Below, piece by piece: positions 37,281-47,145 of a stretch of 64,000 nt of DNA. The notes beneath the pieces were generated by a model. It was given only the letters and a program-made list of their open reading frames with translations, was not told the DNA's origin and searched no databases. Position numbers and translations under genes: made by a program. How positions within the stretch are numbered: position 1 is the stretch's first letter; each line of letters starts with the position of its first letter. Origin of the DNA: Trueperaceae bacterium (GTDB lineage: Bacteria > Deinococcota > Deinococci > Deinococcales > Trueperaceae). Location of the stretch: positions 704,001 to 768,000 of the forward strand of contig CBDCDZ010000004.1 in assembly GCA_965215565.1 (NCBI GenBank). Reading direction: 5' to 3'.

Positions 37281-37438
37281 GACCCTTCATCTCAGTGCAA
37301 GGACCTCCGCAAACACATTATGAGATTTATAGCAGCTCGGCGCACCCGAAATGAATTTTAGACGCCGATTGCGAACATACACACCACCTTGTGACGCATC
37401 AAGACGCCATTTTCACGCTTTTGCGCTAAGGTAATCGT

Positions 37439-38632
37439 ATGCGCACCATCGACCAAACCGTGAACGTTACCTTTCGCTATCCCGTCCTTTTCACCGAAGG
37501 TCTCTTGACCCCCAACAACCCACTTTTGGCTGACACACTCGCTCCTCGAGAGGTCAAGCGCGTGCTCTTCGTGGTGGACGAAGGCGTCGCCGAGTACCAT
37601 CCGGGGCTCATAGGCGATATCGGGCGCTACTGTGAAGCGTGGGAGAGGCTCGAGCTAGTCGCCTCTCCCCTGCTCGTCCAGGGCGGCGAAAGGACCAAAA
37701 ACAACCCCGCCAACGTCGAAGCGGTGCAGCGCGCCGTTCACGAACACGGCATCGACCGCCACGCTTACGTCGTCGTCATCGGCGGCGGCGCGGTCATCGA
37801 CATGGTGGGCTACGCCGCCGCCACCTCTCATAGAGGCGTGCGCCTCGTGCGCGTGCCGACTACCGTGCTCTCACAAAACGACTCGGCGGTGGGTGTTAAG
37901 AACAGCGTGAACGCTTTTGGTAAAAAGAACTTCTTAGGCACGTTCGCGCCACCTTTCGCTGTATTCAACGACCCGCACTTCCTGACGACACTGGAGAGGC
38001 GCGACTGGCTGGGCGGCGTCTCTGAAGCGGTCAAGGTGGCGCTCCTTAAAGACCAGAGGTTCTTCAAATTTTTAGAGCAGAACGCTGAGGCGTTAGTCAG
38101 CCGCGATATGAAGGCGATGAACTACGCCGTCTACCGCTGCGCCGAGCTGCATCTTCACCACATCGCCACCTCCGGCGACCCCTTCGAGTTCGGCTCGTCG
38201 CGCCCGCTGGACTTCGGGCACTGGGCGGCGCACAAGTTGGAGGCGATGACGGACTATAGGCTCAGGCACGGCGAAGCCGTCGCCATAGGTATCGCTTTGG
38301 ATTCGACGTACGCTTATCTTAAAGGAATGCTCTCAAAGACGAGCTGGCAGCGCGTCATGACCCTCTTCAGTTGCCTCGACCTCGCCACCTACACGCCTGA
38401 GCTTAGCGATACAGCGACTATCGTCGGCGGCTTGAACGAGTTTCGGGAGCACCTGGGCGGACGCCTCACCATCATGTTGTTAGAAGGTATCGGTCAGGGT
38501 GTAGAAGTTCACAAGATGAACACAGAAACTATCACACAAAGTATCAACCTCTTGCGTGAACACGCACCGAAAGAGACGCGAACGGGAGCGGAGAAAGGAA
38601 CGACGTGGAAACAGCCGACACTTGCCCACTGA
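37439..38632 (+). CDS. eboD: 3-dehydroquinate synthase-like sugar phosphate cyclase (EboD-type)
   Basis: [42 protein letters not shown] and HGEAVAIG; ebo gene context. Confidence 0.82.
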   Translation: MRTIDQTVNVTFRYPVLFTEGLLTPNNPLLADTLAPREVKRVLFVVDEGVAEYHPGLIGDIGRYCEAWERLELVASPLLVQGGERTKNNPANVEAVQRAVHEHGIDRHAYVVVIGGGAVIDMVGYAAATSHRGVRLVRVPTTVLSQNDSAVGVKNSVNAFGKKNFLGTFAPPFAVFNDPHFLTTLERRDWLGGVSEAVKVALLKDQRFFKFLEQNAEALVSRDMKAMNYAVYRCAELHLHHIATSGDPFEFGSSRPLDFGHWAAHKLEAMTDYRLRHGEAVAIGIALDSTYAYLKGMLSKTSWQRVMTLFSCLDLATYTPELSDTATIVGGLNEFREHLGGRLTIMLLEGIGQGVEVHKMNTETITQSINLLREHAPKETRTGAEKGTTWKQPTLAH

Positions 38633-38955
38633 GCCAACAGAAACTCATCGACGAGTTCTTCATCGAGCACCGCACCAAAGTTTTAGACATCGCCGGCTTT
38701 TTAGACCGCATGGACCGCAGCGTAGACAAAAATGGCGAGGACGACTTTAGACTCCTCGCCTTTCGCGACGCGCTCACCATCCTCTCTGAAAACGAAGTCG
38801 GACGCGCCGAGCGGGTGCAGATGGCGCTCAGCGACCTCAATACGGAACTCCTAGAAGAGCGCGACCAGCAAGCGGCGTTCGGAGCCTCTAAAAGGGAACC
38901 CAGAAGAGAACAAGGAGACCAGGGAGAACGAGGAGTGCACCGTGAAATATATTGA
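38605..38955 (+). CDS. Conserved-looking small helical hypothetical protein in the ebo operon
   Basis: SD AAGGA before GTG; overlaps both neighbours; host-like codon usage; F.E.R.K.LDIA.FLDR.DR pattern. Confidence 0.75.
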   Translation: METADTCPLSQQKLIDEFFIEHRTKVLDIAGFLDRMDRSVDKNGEDDFRLLAFRDALTILSENEVGRAERVQMALSDLNTELLEERDQQAAFGASKREPRREQGDQGERGVHREIY

Positions 38956-39799
38956 CCTGCACGCCCATATGGTGTCGCGCACCACCGACGACTATCAGAA
39001 GATGGCGATGACGGGCTGCGTCGCCTTGACCGAGCCTGCGTTCTGGGCGGGTTACGACCGCCGCAGCGCGGACGTCTTCGCGGACTACTTCGAGCATCTG
39101 ACCGTGTTCGAGCCGAGTCGCGCCGCACAGTACGGCATTCAGCACTACACCTGGCTCTGCTTGAACCCGAAAGAGGGCGAAGATAGAGACCTCACCAAAG
39201 AGGTCCTAAACATCATCCCCGAGTTCTTAGACCGCCCAAACGTCTTAGGCATCGGCGAAATCGGGCTCAACCGCGTGACGCGCAACGAGCTTGCGTCGTT
39301 CAAAGACCACGTCGAACTCGCCTTGGAGCACGACCAGCTCATCCACATCCACACGCCGCACTTAGAGGACAAATACAAAGGCACAAAGGTCATCGTGGAG
39401 ACGCTCGCGGCAGACTCGCGCATTGAGCCGGGGCGCGTGATGGTGGACCACGCCGAGGAGCACACGCTCGGGATGATTTTGGACAACGGCTTCTGGACGG
39501 GCATGACGCTCTATCCAAAGACGAAAGCGTCGCCGGGGCGAGCCATTGACATGCTCGAGATGCACGGCTCCGAGCGCCTTTGCGTCGCGTCCGCCTGCGA
39601 CTGGGGCGAGAGCGACCCCCTCGCGGTGCCGCAGTTCGTCTTGGAAATGCGCCGCCGGGGGCACAGCGAAGCCTTGATTGACAAAATCGTCATGGAGAAC
39701 CCCGCGTCGTTCTTGGGGCAGTCACCTAAGTTCAAGCTGACTAGTCCAGCAACCGTTATGAAAGAGGAAACGCCGCTCGTCACCCATGCGCCTGAATAA
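38942..39799 (+). CDS. eboB: TatD-family metallohydrolase (EboB-type)
   Basis: D.HAHM.SRTTDDY, EPAFW, LNPKE, GEIG, HTPH and DWG.SDPLAVP. Confidence 0.85.
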   Translation: MKYIDLHAHMVSRTTDDYQKMAMTGCVALTEPAFWAGYDRRSADVFADYFEHLTVFEPSRAAQYGIQHYTWLCLNPKEGEDRDLTKEVLNIIPEFLDRPNVLGIGEIGLNRVTRNELASFKDHVELALEHDQLIHIHTPHLEDKYKGTKVIVETLAADSRIEPGRVMVDHAEEHTLGMILDNGFWTGMTLYPKTKASPGRAIDMLEMHGSERLCVASACDWGESDPLAVPQFVLEMRRRGHSEALIDKIVMENPASFLGQSPKFKLTSPATVMKEETPLVTHAPE

Positions 39800-40979
39800 G
39801 CAACATTTTACCTACTGCACGAACATTCACCCGAGCCGAGGTTTACGGGAGGTCAGGGCGAGTTTAGAGCGCTACGCTGCCCCGCTCAGGGCAGAATTCG
39901 CGCCGAATCAACCTTTTGGCATCGGGCTGAGGTTGTCGGGGCAAGAGAGCTGTGAAGTTTTAGAGGATGACAACTTAGCGCACTTCAAGACCTTTTTGGA
40001 CGAGCGCGGGCTCTACGTCTTTACCATCAACGGCTTTCCTTACGGACCCTTTCACGGGCAAGCCGTAAAAGAAAACGTTCACGCCCCCGACTGGCATGAT
40101 GAGGAGCGCGTGCGCTACACCTTGCGGCTCGTGCAGATTTTGGAACACCTCTTGCCTAGCGGCGTGACGGGCGGCATTTCGACGAGTCCGCTCTCTTACA
40201 AAGCGTGGGTGGACGGCAGTACCGAGACGTGGAAGACGCTGACGGACAACGTCGTGCGCGTGGCGGAAGCGCTTTACCGCGTCAAAGAGCGTGACAGGGT
40301 GATTCATTTAGACCTCGAGCCTGAGCCCGACGGACTCTTAGAAAACAGCGAAGAGGTCGTGCGCTTCTACCAGGACTGGCTTTTGGACTACGGCGCGAAG
40401 CGGTTGGCAGCGCGGTTGAATATCACCGAGGACGAGGCTCGAGAGGTTCTCCTGGCGCACATTCAAATCTGCTTCGACACTTGCCACGTCGCGCTAGCCT
40501 ACGAGGAACCTGGAGACGTTTTGCAGCGTTTTGAAGAGGTTGGCATCAAAGTAGGCAAGATTCAGATCAGTTCGGCGCTCAAGGTAGATTTACCTCGAGA
40601 TAAAGGTGAGCGCGAAGAGGTGGCGAACAACCTGCGCGCCTTTGTTGAATCCACCTACCTACACCAAGTTTTACAAAAGAACGAAGACGGCACGCTGACG
40701 CAGTACCCGGACCTGCCCGATGCACTCCCGCACATCCAAGATACTCGAGCAACCGAGTGGCGCGTCCACTTTCACGTGCCTATCTTTACGGCGCACTTCG
40801 GCGCGCTGAGTTCGACGCAGGAGGGGATTGTGAAGACGCTCGAGCTGCTCAAAGAAGAGCCGTTCACAGAGCATCTGGAAATTGAGACTTACACATGGGA
40901 TGTGCTGCCCGAAACCCTGAAAGTCAACCTCTTAGAATCCATCGAACGTGAATACAGGTGGGCGCTCAGTGTCCTCTAA
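39786..40979 (+). CDS. eboE: Metabolite traffic protein EboE (xylose isomerase-like TIM barrel)
   Basis: [16 protein letters not shown]...[27 protein letters not shown] and [12 protein letters not shown]. Confidence 0.9.
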   Translation: MRLNKQHFTYCTNIHPSRGLREVRASLERYAAPLRAEFAPNQPFGIGLRLSGQESCEVLEDDNLAHFKTFLDERGLYVFTINGFPYGPFHGQAVKENVHAPDWHDEERVRYTLRLVQILEHLLPSGVTGGISTSPLSYKAWVDGSTETWKTLTDNVVRVAEALYRVKERDRVIHLDLEPEPDGLLENSEEVVRFYQDWLLDYGAKRLAARLNITEDEAREVLLAHIQICFDTCHVALAYEEPGDVLQRFEEVGIKVGKIQISSALKVDLPRDKGEREEVANNLRAFVESTYLHQVLQKNEDGTLTQYPDLPDALPHIQDTRATEWRVHFHVPIFTAHFGALSSTQEGIVKTLELLKEEPFTEHLEIETYTWDVLPETLKVNLLESIEREYRWALSVL

Positions 40980-41850
40980 GCCAGGGTCTTCTAACGCCAC
41001 ACCGAATACTTGGGGAACGTTCGAAGATCACTTGGCTCTCGCGCGTGTCTCGAACAGCCCCACGGTTGTCAGCAACGTTCTGGCGGGCGCGGCATTAGCA
41101 GGTGGCTTGAATCAACCGGGTACGGTGCTCTTACTCGCGGTGGCGCTCGTCCTCTTTTACACGGCGGGCATGGTCCTCAACGACCTCTTCGACTACGAGC
41201 ACGATGTAAAGATGCAACCCGGCAGACCTCTTGCGGCGGGGCGCGTGTCTAAAGACGTTGCGCTCACCGTCACGGTGGCGCTTTTCGGTATAGGAAGTTT
41301 TCTGCTCGCTTTTGCAGGTCCAGCAACGTTGTTGAGCGGCATCATTCTTATCGGTTTAATCGTCCTCTACGACGCCTGGCACAAGACAAACCCGTTCAGC
41401 CCGCTGCTGATGGCGAGCACGCGGGTGATGGTCTACGTCACGGCGTTTCTAGCCTTTTCTTTACAGGTTTCAGCGTCGCTCATCCTCTGGTCTCTTTTAC
41501 TGGCGCTCTACATCATCGGCTTAACCTACCTCGCCAAGATGGAGTCGCGTCCCGGCTTCGCGCGCTACTGGCCCGCGCTGGCGCTCGTTTTACCCGCCGT
41601 TTACGCCGCGCTATACGTCAACATATGGGGGCTACTCCTCTTGCTGCTCTTTATCAGTTGGGTGAGCTTTTGCCTCTATCTCGTGTACGTCAAACGCAGC
41701 TTCGGCGCGGCGATCGGTTCGCTCATCGCGGGCGTGTCGCTGCTAGATGCGCTCGTGCTAGCCGTAACGGGTTCTACGGTAGGCGTTATCCTCGCGCTGC
41801 TCGCGTTCGGTTTGACGCTATTTTTTCAGCGGTATATCAAAGGAACATAG
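40969..41850 (+). CDS. eboC: UbiA-family prenyltransferase (EboC-type)
   Basis: L.R.SN.PTV.SN.LAG, GM.LND.FD...D....P.RP...G and YD..HK; multi-TM. ORF open from 40948. Confidence 0.85.
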   Translation: MSSKPGSSNATPNTWGTFEDHLALARVSNSPTVVSNVLAGAALAGGLNQPGTVLLLAVALVLFYTAGMVLNDLFDYEHDVKMQPGRPLAAGRVSKDVALTVTVALFGIGSFLLAFAGPATLLSGIILIGLIVLYDAWHKTNPFSPLLMASTRVMVYVTAFLAFSLQVSASLILWSLLLALYIIGLTYLAKMESRPGFARYWPALALVLPAVYAALYVNIWGLLLLLLFISWVSFCLYLVYVKRSFGAAIGSLIAGVSLLDALVLAVTGSTVGVILALLAFGLTLFFQRYIKGT

Positions 41851-42480
41851 ATGAGCCACGTCGTTCTACTTGGCGATTCGATTTTCGATAACGCCGGATA
41901 CGTGCCCGATGAGCGCTCCGTTATCGAGCAGATGCGGAGTCATCTACCCCCGGATTGGCAAGCCACGCTTCTCGCCGTGGATGGCGATGTGACTGAAGAT
42001 GTCCTGAGGCAAACCCGGCGTTTACCGGGTAGTGCAACACATCTCGCCCTGAGTTGCGGCGGCAACGACGCAATTCGCAGAAGCGGCATTTTGAAAGAGA
42101 AAATCGACTCCGTCGCGGAGGGGTTTGAAGTTGCGGCTTACTTAAGGCGTGAGTTTAGGACGAACTACCGCAAAACGCTCGAGCACCTTCTGAGCTTCGA
42201 AAAATCCCTCGCCGTCTGCACGGTTTACGACGCAGTACCTGGGCTTAGCGAGGCTGAGAAGAGTGCGTTAGCACTGTTCAACGAAGTCATTCTCAAAGAA
42301 GCGTTTGCCGAAAAACTGCCCGTAGTTGATCTGCGCCTTATCTGTGACGACGCAGAAGACTATTCAGCGCTTTCACCCATCGAACCTTCAGCGATTGGCG
42401 GCGACAAGATAACTCAGGTTATTGCAGACCTTTTGTATACTCACAACTTTAGCGCCCGGCGCAGCGTAATTTATTCGTAA
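41851..42480 (+). CDS. SGNH/GDSL hydrolase
   Basis: VLLGDSIFDN, GGND and PIEPS..GG (His-less block V variant). Confidence 0.85.
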   Translation: MSHVVLLGDSIFDNAGYVPDERSVIEQMRSHLPPDWQATLLAVDGDVTEDVLRQTRRLPGSATHLALSCGGNDAIRRSGILKEKIDSVAEGFEVAAYLRREFRTNYRKTLEHLLSFEKSLAVCTVYDAVPGLSEAEKSALALFNEVILKEAFAEKLPVVDLRLICDDAEDYSALSPIEPSAIGGDKITQVIADLLYTHNFSARRSVIYS

Positions 42481-42513
42481 AAGCAGCGAAGACACCCTCG
42501 AGATTGGAGCCTC

Positions 42514-43908
42514 ATGAACCGAACCGCCGTCATCAACGTCGTCGGGCTCACCCCCGAACTCATCGGTGAGCACACGCCTAAACTCAAAGCCTTTGTGGAG
42601 CGCGGCTCGCTCGCGCACGTCAAAGAGGCGCTGCCCGCTGTAACGTGCACGGCTCTAGCAACGTATACAACGGGGAAAACGCCCTGCGAACACGGTATCG
42701 TCGGCAACGGCTGGTACGCCCGCGACGCCTGCGAGGTCAAGTTCTGGCACCGCTCGGACGGGATGGTGCAAGCGCCGAAGCTGTGGGAAATCGCAAAAGC
42801 GCAAGACCCAAACTTCACCTGCGCGAACCTCTTCTGGCGCTACGCGACCTACTCATCGGCGGACTATACAGTCATCGAGCGCCCGATGTACCCCGCCGAC
42901 GGGCGCAAGATTCCTGATATTTACACTTGGCCGCACGAGCTTCGCCCCGCCTTGCAGAGCGACTTGGGGCAGTTTCCCCTGTTCAATTTCTGGGGACCGA
43001 ACTCGGCGGTGGTCTCGAGCCAGTGGATTGCGGACGCCGCCAAGTGGATTGAAGAGAAGTACAGCCCGACTCTCTCGTTCGTCTATCTGCCGCACCTCGA
43101 TTACGGCTTGCAGCGGTACGGTCCTGACTTAACGAAGGTCTCGCAAGACCTACGCGAGATTGACGACGTGGCGGGCGACCTTACCGAGTTTTTCGAAGCT
43201 AGGGGTGTTCAGGTCATCCTCGTCTCCGAGTACGGCATCGACCACGCCGACAGATCCGTTCACCTCAACCGCGTGTTCCGCGAGAAAGGCTTGATTCAGG
43301 TGCGCGAGGAGTTGGGGCTAGAGCACCTTAACTACGGCATGAGTGCGGCGTTCGCTGTTGCCGACCATCAGATTGCGCACGTGTACGTGCAAGATAGAAG
43401 TCGTTTGAATGAGGTGCGAGGGATTTTAGAGTCCACGGATGGAATAGCAGAAGTTTTAGACGAGGCGGGCAAAAGGCGCTATAACCTGGACCATCCGCGC
43501 TCCGGTGACTTCGTCGTACTGGCTGAGCGGGACGCTTGGTTCACCTACTACTACTGGCTAGACGACCACAAAGCGCCCGACTTCGCCCGCACCGTTGCGA
43601 TTCACGATAAGCCCGGTTATGACCCGGCAGAACTCTTCGTCAATCCAGTGTTCAAGAACCCTAAACTCAAAGTGGGTAGCGTACTGCTCAAGAAGAAGCT
43701 GGGCTTTCGCTACATGATGGACGTGATCGGACTAGACGCGACGCTCGTGAAAGGGTCACATGGGTTGCGGAGCACAACGCCCGCGAAGCAGCCTCTCTTC
43801 GTGACGCAGCAGCCTTTAGAGCGAACCTCGGTCGAGGCTACGGATGTGTTTGGGCTTGTCCTGCGGCATCTCGGGGTTGAGACGGAAGAAAGCGCGCCAA
43901 TTTTATAG
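42514..43908 (+). CDS. eboF: Alkaline phosphatase / nucleotide pyrophosphatase family protein (EboF-type)
   Basis: INVVGLT, PAVTC, HGIVGNGWY, YLPHLDY..QR.GP, ADHQ.AH.Y, IH.KPGYDP.ELF and VKGSHG. Confidence 0.9.
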   Translation: MNRTAVINVVGLTPELIGEHTPKLKAFVERGSLAHVKEALPAVTCTALATYTTGKTPCEHGIVGNGWYARDACEVKFWHRSDGMVQAPKLWEIAKAQDPNFTCANLFWRYATYSSADYTVIERPMYPADGRKIPDIYTWPHELRPALQSDLGQFPLFNFWGPNSAVVSSQWIADAAKWIEEKYSPTLSFVYLPHLDYGLQRYGPDLTKVSQDLREIDDVAGDLTEFFEARGVQVILVSEYGIDHADRSVHLNRVFREKGLIQVREELGLEHLNYGMSAAFAVADHQIAHVYVQDRSRLNEVRGILESTDGIAEVLDEAGKRRYNLDHPRSGDFVVLAERDAWFTYYYWLDDHKAPDFARTVAIHDKPGYDPAELFVNPVFKNPKLKVGSVLLKKKLGFRYMMDVIGLDATLVKGSHGLRSTTPAKQPLFVTQQPLERTSVEATDVFGLVLRHLGVETEESAPIL

Positions 43909-43952
43909 GCGGCTACGAACTTGGTCCTCTCGGTGTGCCACACTAAGAGGTC

Positions 43953-44669
43953 TTGAAACCCTCTGCCATCTTCTCTGAACCGCTAGAACTCGAGCACGGC
44001 ATCTACCGCGCTTTAGACAAGCGCCCCCGCGTTCCCTTAGCGCAAGCGAGCAACTTTTTACCCCTGACGGCGGCACTCTACGAACCCTTGTGGCGCAAGC
44101 GCTCCTTGTCCATCATCACAGGTGGCGACTTCGACGTGACGCGCGAGCTTGCACTGATGATCAAGTGGCTGAGACCGCAACCGGGTCAAGTCGTCCTCGA
44201 CGCGGCGTGTTCGGCGGGACTTTACGCCCGCACGCTGCTCCATCACGAAGAAGACTTAGAGGTCCACGCGCTGGACTTTAGCTTGCCCTTTCTCAACAAG
44301 GCGAAGGAGTACGCCGCGAAGGAAGCCGTCGAGATGACGCTCGTCTACGCGGACGTGATGAAATTGCCGTACGAGGACTCGAGCTTCGACGCCCTCGTCT
44401 GCGGCGCGTCGCTTAACGAGTTTACCGACCTCTCCAGGTCCATCACCGAATTCAGCCGTGTACTTAAACCGGGCGGCTTGATGTGGCAGATGTACGTCTC
44501 TAAAGCGGAAGCCTGGTACGGGCGGCTTTTTCAAAGCCTTTTTAGGCTCTCTGGAGTTCGCTTCATCGACCCTACTGTTCTGGAGAACGAAGCTAAAGCG
44601 GTAGGGATGAGGCTTCTTAAAGCGCAGCACCGCAAACGCATCACGCTGGCACTTTTTGAGAAGCTCTGA
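43953..44669 (+). CDS. Class I SAM-dependent methyltransferase
   Basis: VLDAACSAG, LDFS, ADVMKLPY...SFD and RVLKPGG. Confidence 0.85.
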   Translation: MKPSAIFSEPLELEHGIYRALDKRPRVPLAQASNFLPLTAALYEPLWRKRSLSIITGGDFDVTRELALMIKWLRPQPGQVVLDAACSAGLYARTLLHHEEDLEVHALDFSLPFLNKAKEYAAKEAVEMTLVYADVMKLPYEDSSFDALVCGASLNEFTDLSRSITEFSRVLKPGGLMWQMYVSKAEAWYGRLFQSLFRLSGVRFIDPTVLENEAKAVGMRLLKAQHRKRITLALFEKL

Positions 44670-44708
44670 GAACTGCCCGACACCTTCGCTTCGGAAGGTG
44701 TCGTTCAC

Positions 44709-45878
44709 TTACGCCGCTTTCTGCGGGAGCAACACCTCAAAATACGCCTTCGTCGCCGCCTCGTGCGAAAAGGTGTCGGCTCGGTTGACGAGCGCCGCTT
44801 CGTCCATAGGATTGCGCAACGCCTGCAACATGCCCTGGGCTAGAGCGTCCGCGTCGCTTACGGGCACGAGCGGACCCCAGCGCCCGTCCTCTAAAATCTC
44901 TTTGGACCCGCTCGGACAGTCCGTCGCCACGACCGGACAGCCGCACGCCATCGCCTCGATGAGCACGGTGGGTAGCCCTTCCCAGCGCGAGGAGAGGACG
45001 AGCGCGCTAGCGCGGCGCATGTAAGCGTAAGGGTTCGAGACGAAGCCGGGCATGAGCACGTGCTCCGAAAGGTTCAAGGTATCGCGGAGCTGCTCGAGTT
45101 CGCCCCGCTTTCCCCCCTCACCCAAGATGACCAGCCGGGCGTCTGCCTGCTGACGCACCTTTGAAAACGCCTGAAGGAGCGTCCCGAAGTCCTTCTGCTC
45201 CGAAAGCCGCCCGACGGCTAAGAACACCGGCGGCGCACCCTCGGCAAACCAGGGGTGGTCCAACGGCTCACGCGACTTCGCCTTGAGCGTTTCGCCAACG
45301 ACCGGGTTGTATATGGTGTGGACGCTGCCGCTCGGGAGCTTGAGCGAGCGCTCTAAGTCGCGTGACACACCGCTCGAGACGCCGACGATGGTATCCGCTC
45401 GCCCGTAAGAGGCTTTGACGAAGACCGGCACGAGCCGCTGCCTCAAGTTCCCGGTTCCGTCGCCGCGCCCGAAGACGGACGAAAACGTGTTGTGTTCGAC
45501 GAGCACGAGGTTCGCGCGAATTCGTGACAACTCTTTTGCCAGAATGAGCGCGACGTTCGTATGCGAGAGGTGCGACAAGAGGGCGTCGGGTTTGTACTCC
45601 CTCAGGTAACGGCGTAGTGGCAAGATCGCTTTAGAGACGTTGCCCACACCTAAGTCGATCACGCGCACTTGCGGGGGCACCTGGGACAGATAAGGACCGC
45701 TAGCGTTCGCTAAAACCAGGTCTAAATTGACCTCTTTGGAGACGAGCCCTTCCAGGAGGTTGACGGCGACTTTCTCCGCGCCGCCGCCCTCTAAGTTGCT
45801 CATGAAGCAGGCGATGCGAGGTTTTTTAGGGCTAACATCTTCCGCGCGCACAGCGCCCAGGTCTTCTATATGTGGCAT
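44709..45878 (-). CDS. Glycosyltransferase family 4
   Basis: GGGAEK, VGRL..QK.F and SS.WEGLPTVLIEAMACG.PVV.TD. Confidence 0.93.
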   Translation of the reverse strand: MPHIEDLGAVRAEDVSPKKPRIACFMSNLEGGGAEKVAVNLLEGLVSKEVNLDLVLANASGPYLSQVPPQVRVIDLGVGNVSKAILPLRRYLREYKPDALLSHLSHTNVALILAKELSRIRANLVLVEHNTFSSVFGRGDGTGNLRQRLVPVFVKASYGRADTIVGVSSGVSRDLERSLKLPSGSVHTIYNPVVGETLKAKSREPLDHPWFAEGAPPVFLAVGRLSEQKDFGTLLQAFSKVRQQADARLVILGEGGKRGELEQLRDTLNLSEHVLMPGFVSNPYAYMRRASALVLSSRWEGLPTVLIEAMACGCPVVATDCPSGSKEILEDGRWGPLVPVSDADALAQGMLQALRNPMDEAALVNRADTFSHEAATKAYFEVLLPQKAA

Positions 45879-45945
45879 CTACGATCCTTCCTCTTACAGG
45901 TCTGCTTACCGGGTCTCTGCTTATCAAATCCCTGCGCTCCCAATT

Positions 45946-46863
45946 CTAATGAAGCGTCAAATGACTTCTGGTGTCTTTATCAACGTTGCGCCGCTTGACC
46001 CGGTACATTGCGCTGTCGGCTACCTGCAACAGTTCGTCCGCGCTGCGCCCGTCCTGCGGATAGAGCGCCAAGCCTAGACTCGCGCTCATCGCCACCTCTT
46101 GATTTTGGACGTTGAAAGGGAGATGAAAAGCGTCCAGCAAGGCCCCGGCGACGCGCTTAACGCTCTGCACGTCCTTGAGTCCCGTCGCGATAACCGTGAA
46201 CTCGTCACCGCCCATGCGCGCTAGCGTATCACTTTCGCGGCGGCGCTTTCCTAAACGCTCGGCGATTTGCCGGAGCAAGTCGTCGCCAGCAGCGTGTCCC
46301 AGCGAATCGTTGACCTCTTTGAAGCCGTTCAGATCGAGAAAGCAGACCGCGACAACCTCACCGCTGCGCTTAGCTTGCGCCACAGCTCTCTCCAAACGGT
46401 CCATGAAGAGCGAGCGGTTGGGTAGTCCGGTGAGCGGGTCGTGTTGCGCGAGGTGCAGGAGTTGTTTGTGCTTCTCGAGCAACGCCTTCTTCTGCTTATG
46501 AAGTTGCACGCGCACGTCACGTAAATAGCCAACCACGCCGCCAAGGAGAAGAACCGCGACGTGACCTGCACCGCCCTGGTGACTAAAAACAGCGTCCCAC
46601 CCACCTAAAGTGGGGGCCACGATGTTGAACAACAGGGTGTTGACGGCGAAGCTGAGCGTGCCTACAAGGAGACCCGCATAGAACCCCCAAAGCCAAGCGC
46701 TGAGCGCGACGGGCAGAAGCGCCAACGCACCTAACTGCGCTCCGAACGTGGCAAAGCCGAGCACAAATAGGGCGGCGTAGAAGCCCCAACCCGCAAGCGC
46801 GACGAAAAGCTTGAGGGTGCGCGGCTTAAAGGTACGGCGTAGTAGAAGAAGAGCCTCACGCAT
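45946..46863 (-). CDS. Membrane-anchored diguanylate cyclase (GGDEF)
   Basis: N-terminal TM segments; HDPLTGLPNR, DLNGFK.VND..GH..GD, RESD (I-site) and RMGGDEF. Confidence 0.92.
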   Translation of the reverse strand: MREALLLLRRTFKPRTLKLFVALAGWGFYAALFVLGFATFGAQLGALALLPVALSAWLWGFYAGLLVGTLSFAVNTLLFNIVAPTLGGWDAVFSHQGGAGHVAVLLLGGVVGYLRDVRVQLHKQKKALLEKHKQLLHLAQHDPLTGLPNRSLFMDRLERAVAQAKRSGEVVAVCFLDLNGFKEVNDSLGHAAGDDLLRQIAERLGKRRRESDTLARMGGDEFTVIATGLKDVQSVKRVAGALLDAFHLPFNVQNQEVAMSASLGLALYPQDGRSADELLQVADSAMYRVKRRNVDKDTRSHLTLH

Positions 46864-47145
46864 TAGATTGTCACTCTACAAGTTTAACTCTGACAAGCCT
46901 CTGACTAAAGCGCACCTGCACATCAAGGCGAGGTTCATGAAAAGGATAAACTGGAGGTATGTCGGACTTTCGTAGGGTTACTCGAGCAAGCTCAGCAAAG
47001 AGGGCAGCGTCTCAGCATCTCAGCGCGTCAGCAGGTCAGGAAAACCCGCCGGGTAAAGAGGGGGCGCGGAAAGTTTTACTGTACACGTCTCTACAAAGCC
47101 GGGCGCTTCTAGCCGATGTTCCTATCTCATCTGAGCGGCTGTCTC

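Noticed and set aside
37439..38632. Housekeeping aroB, or a mycosporine (DDGS) pathway
   Set aside because: The context is ebo-like, with no aroK/aroC and no ATP-grasp mysC-type gene, and the motif variants ([13 protein letters not shown]) fit the EboD type.
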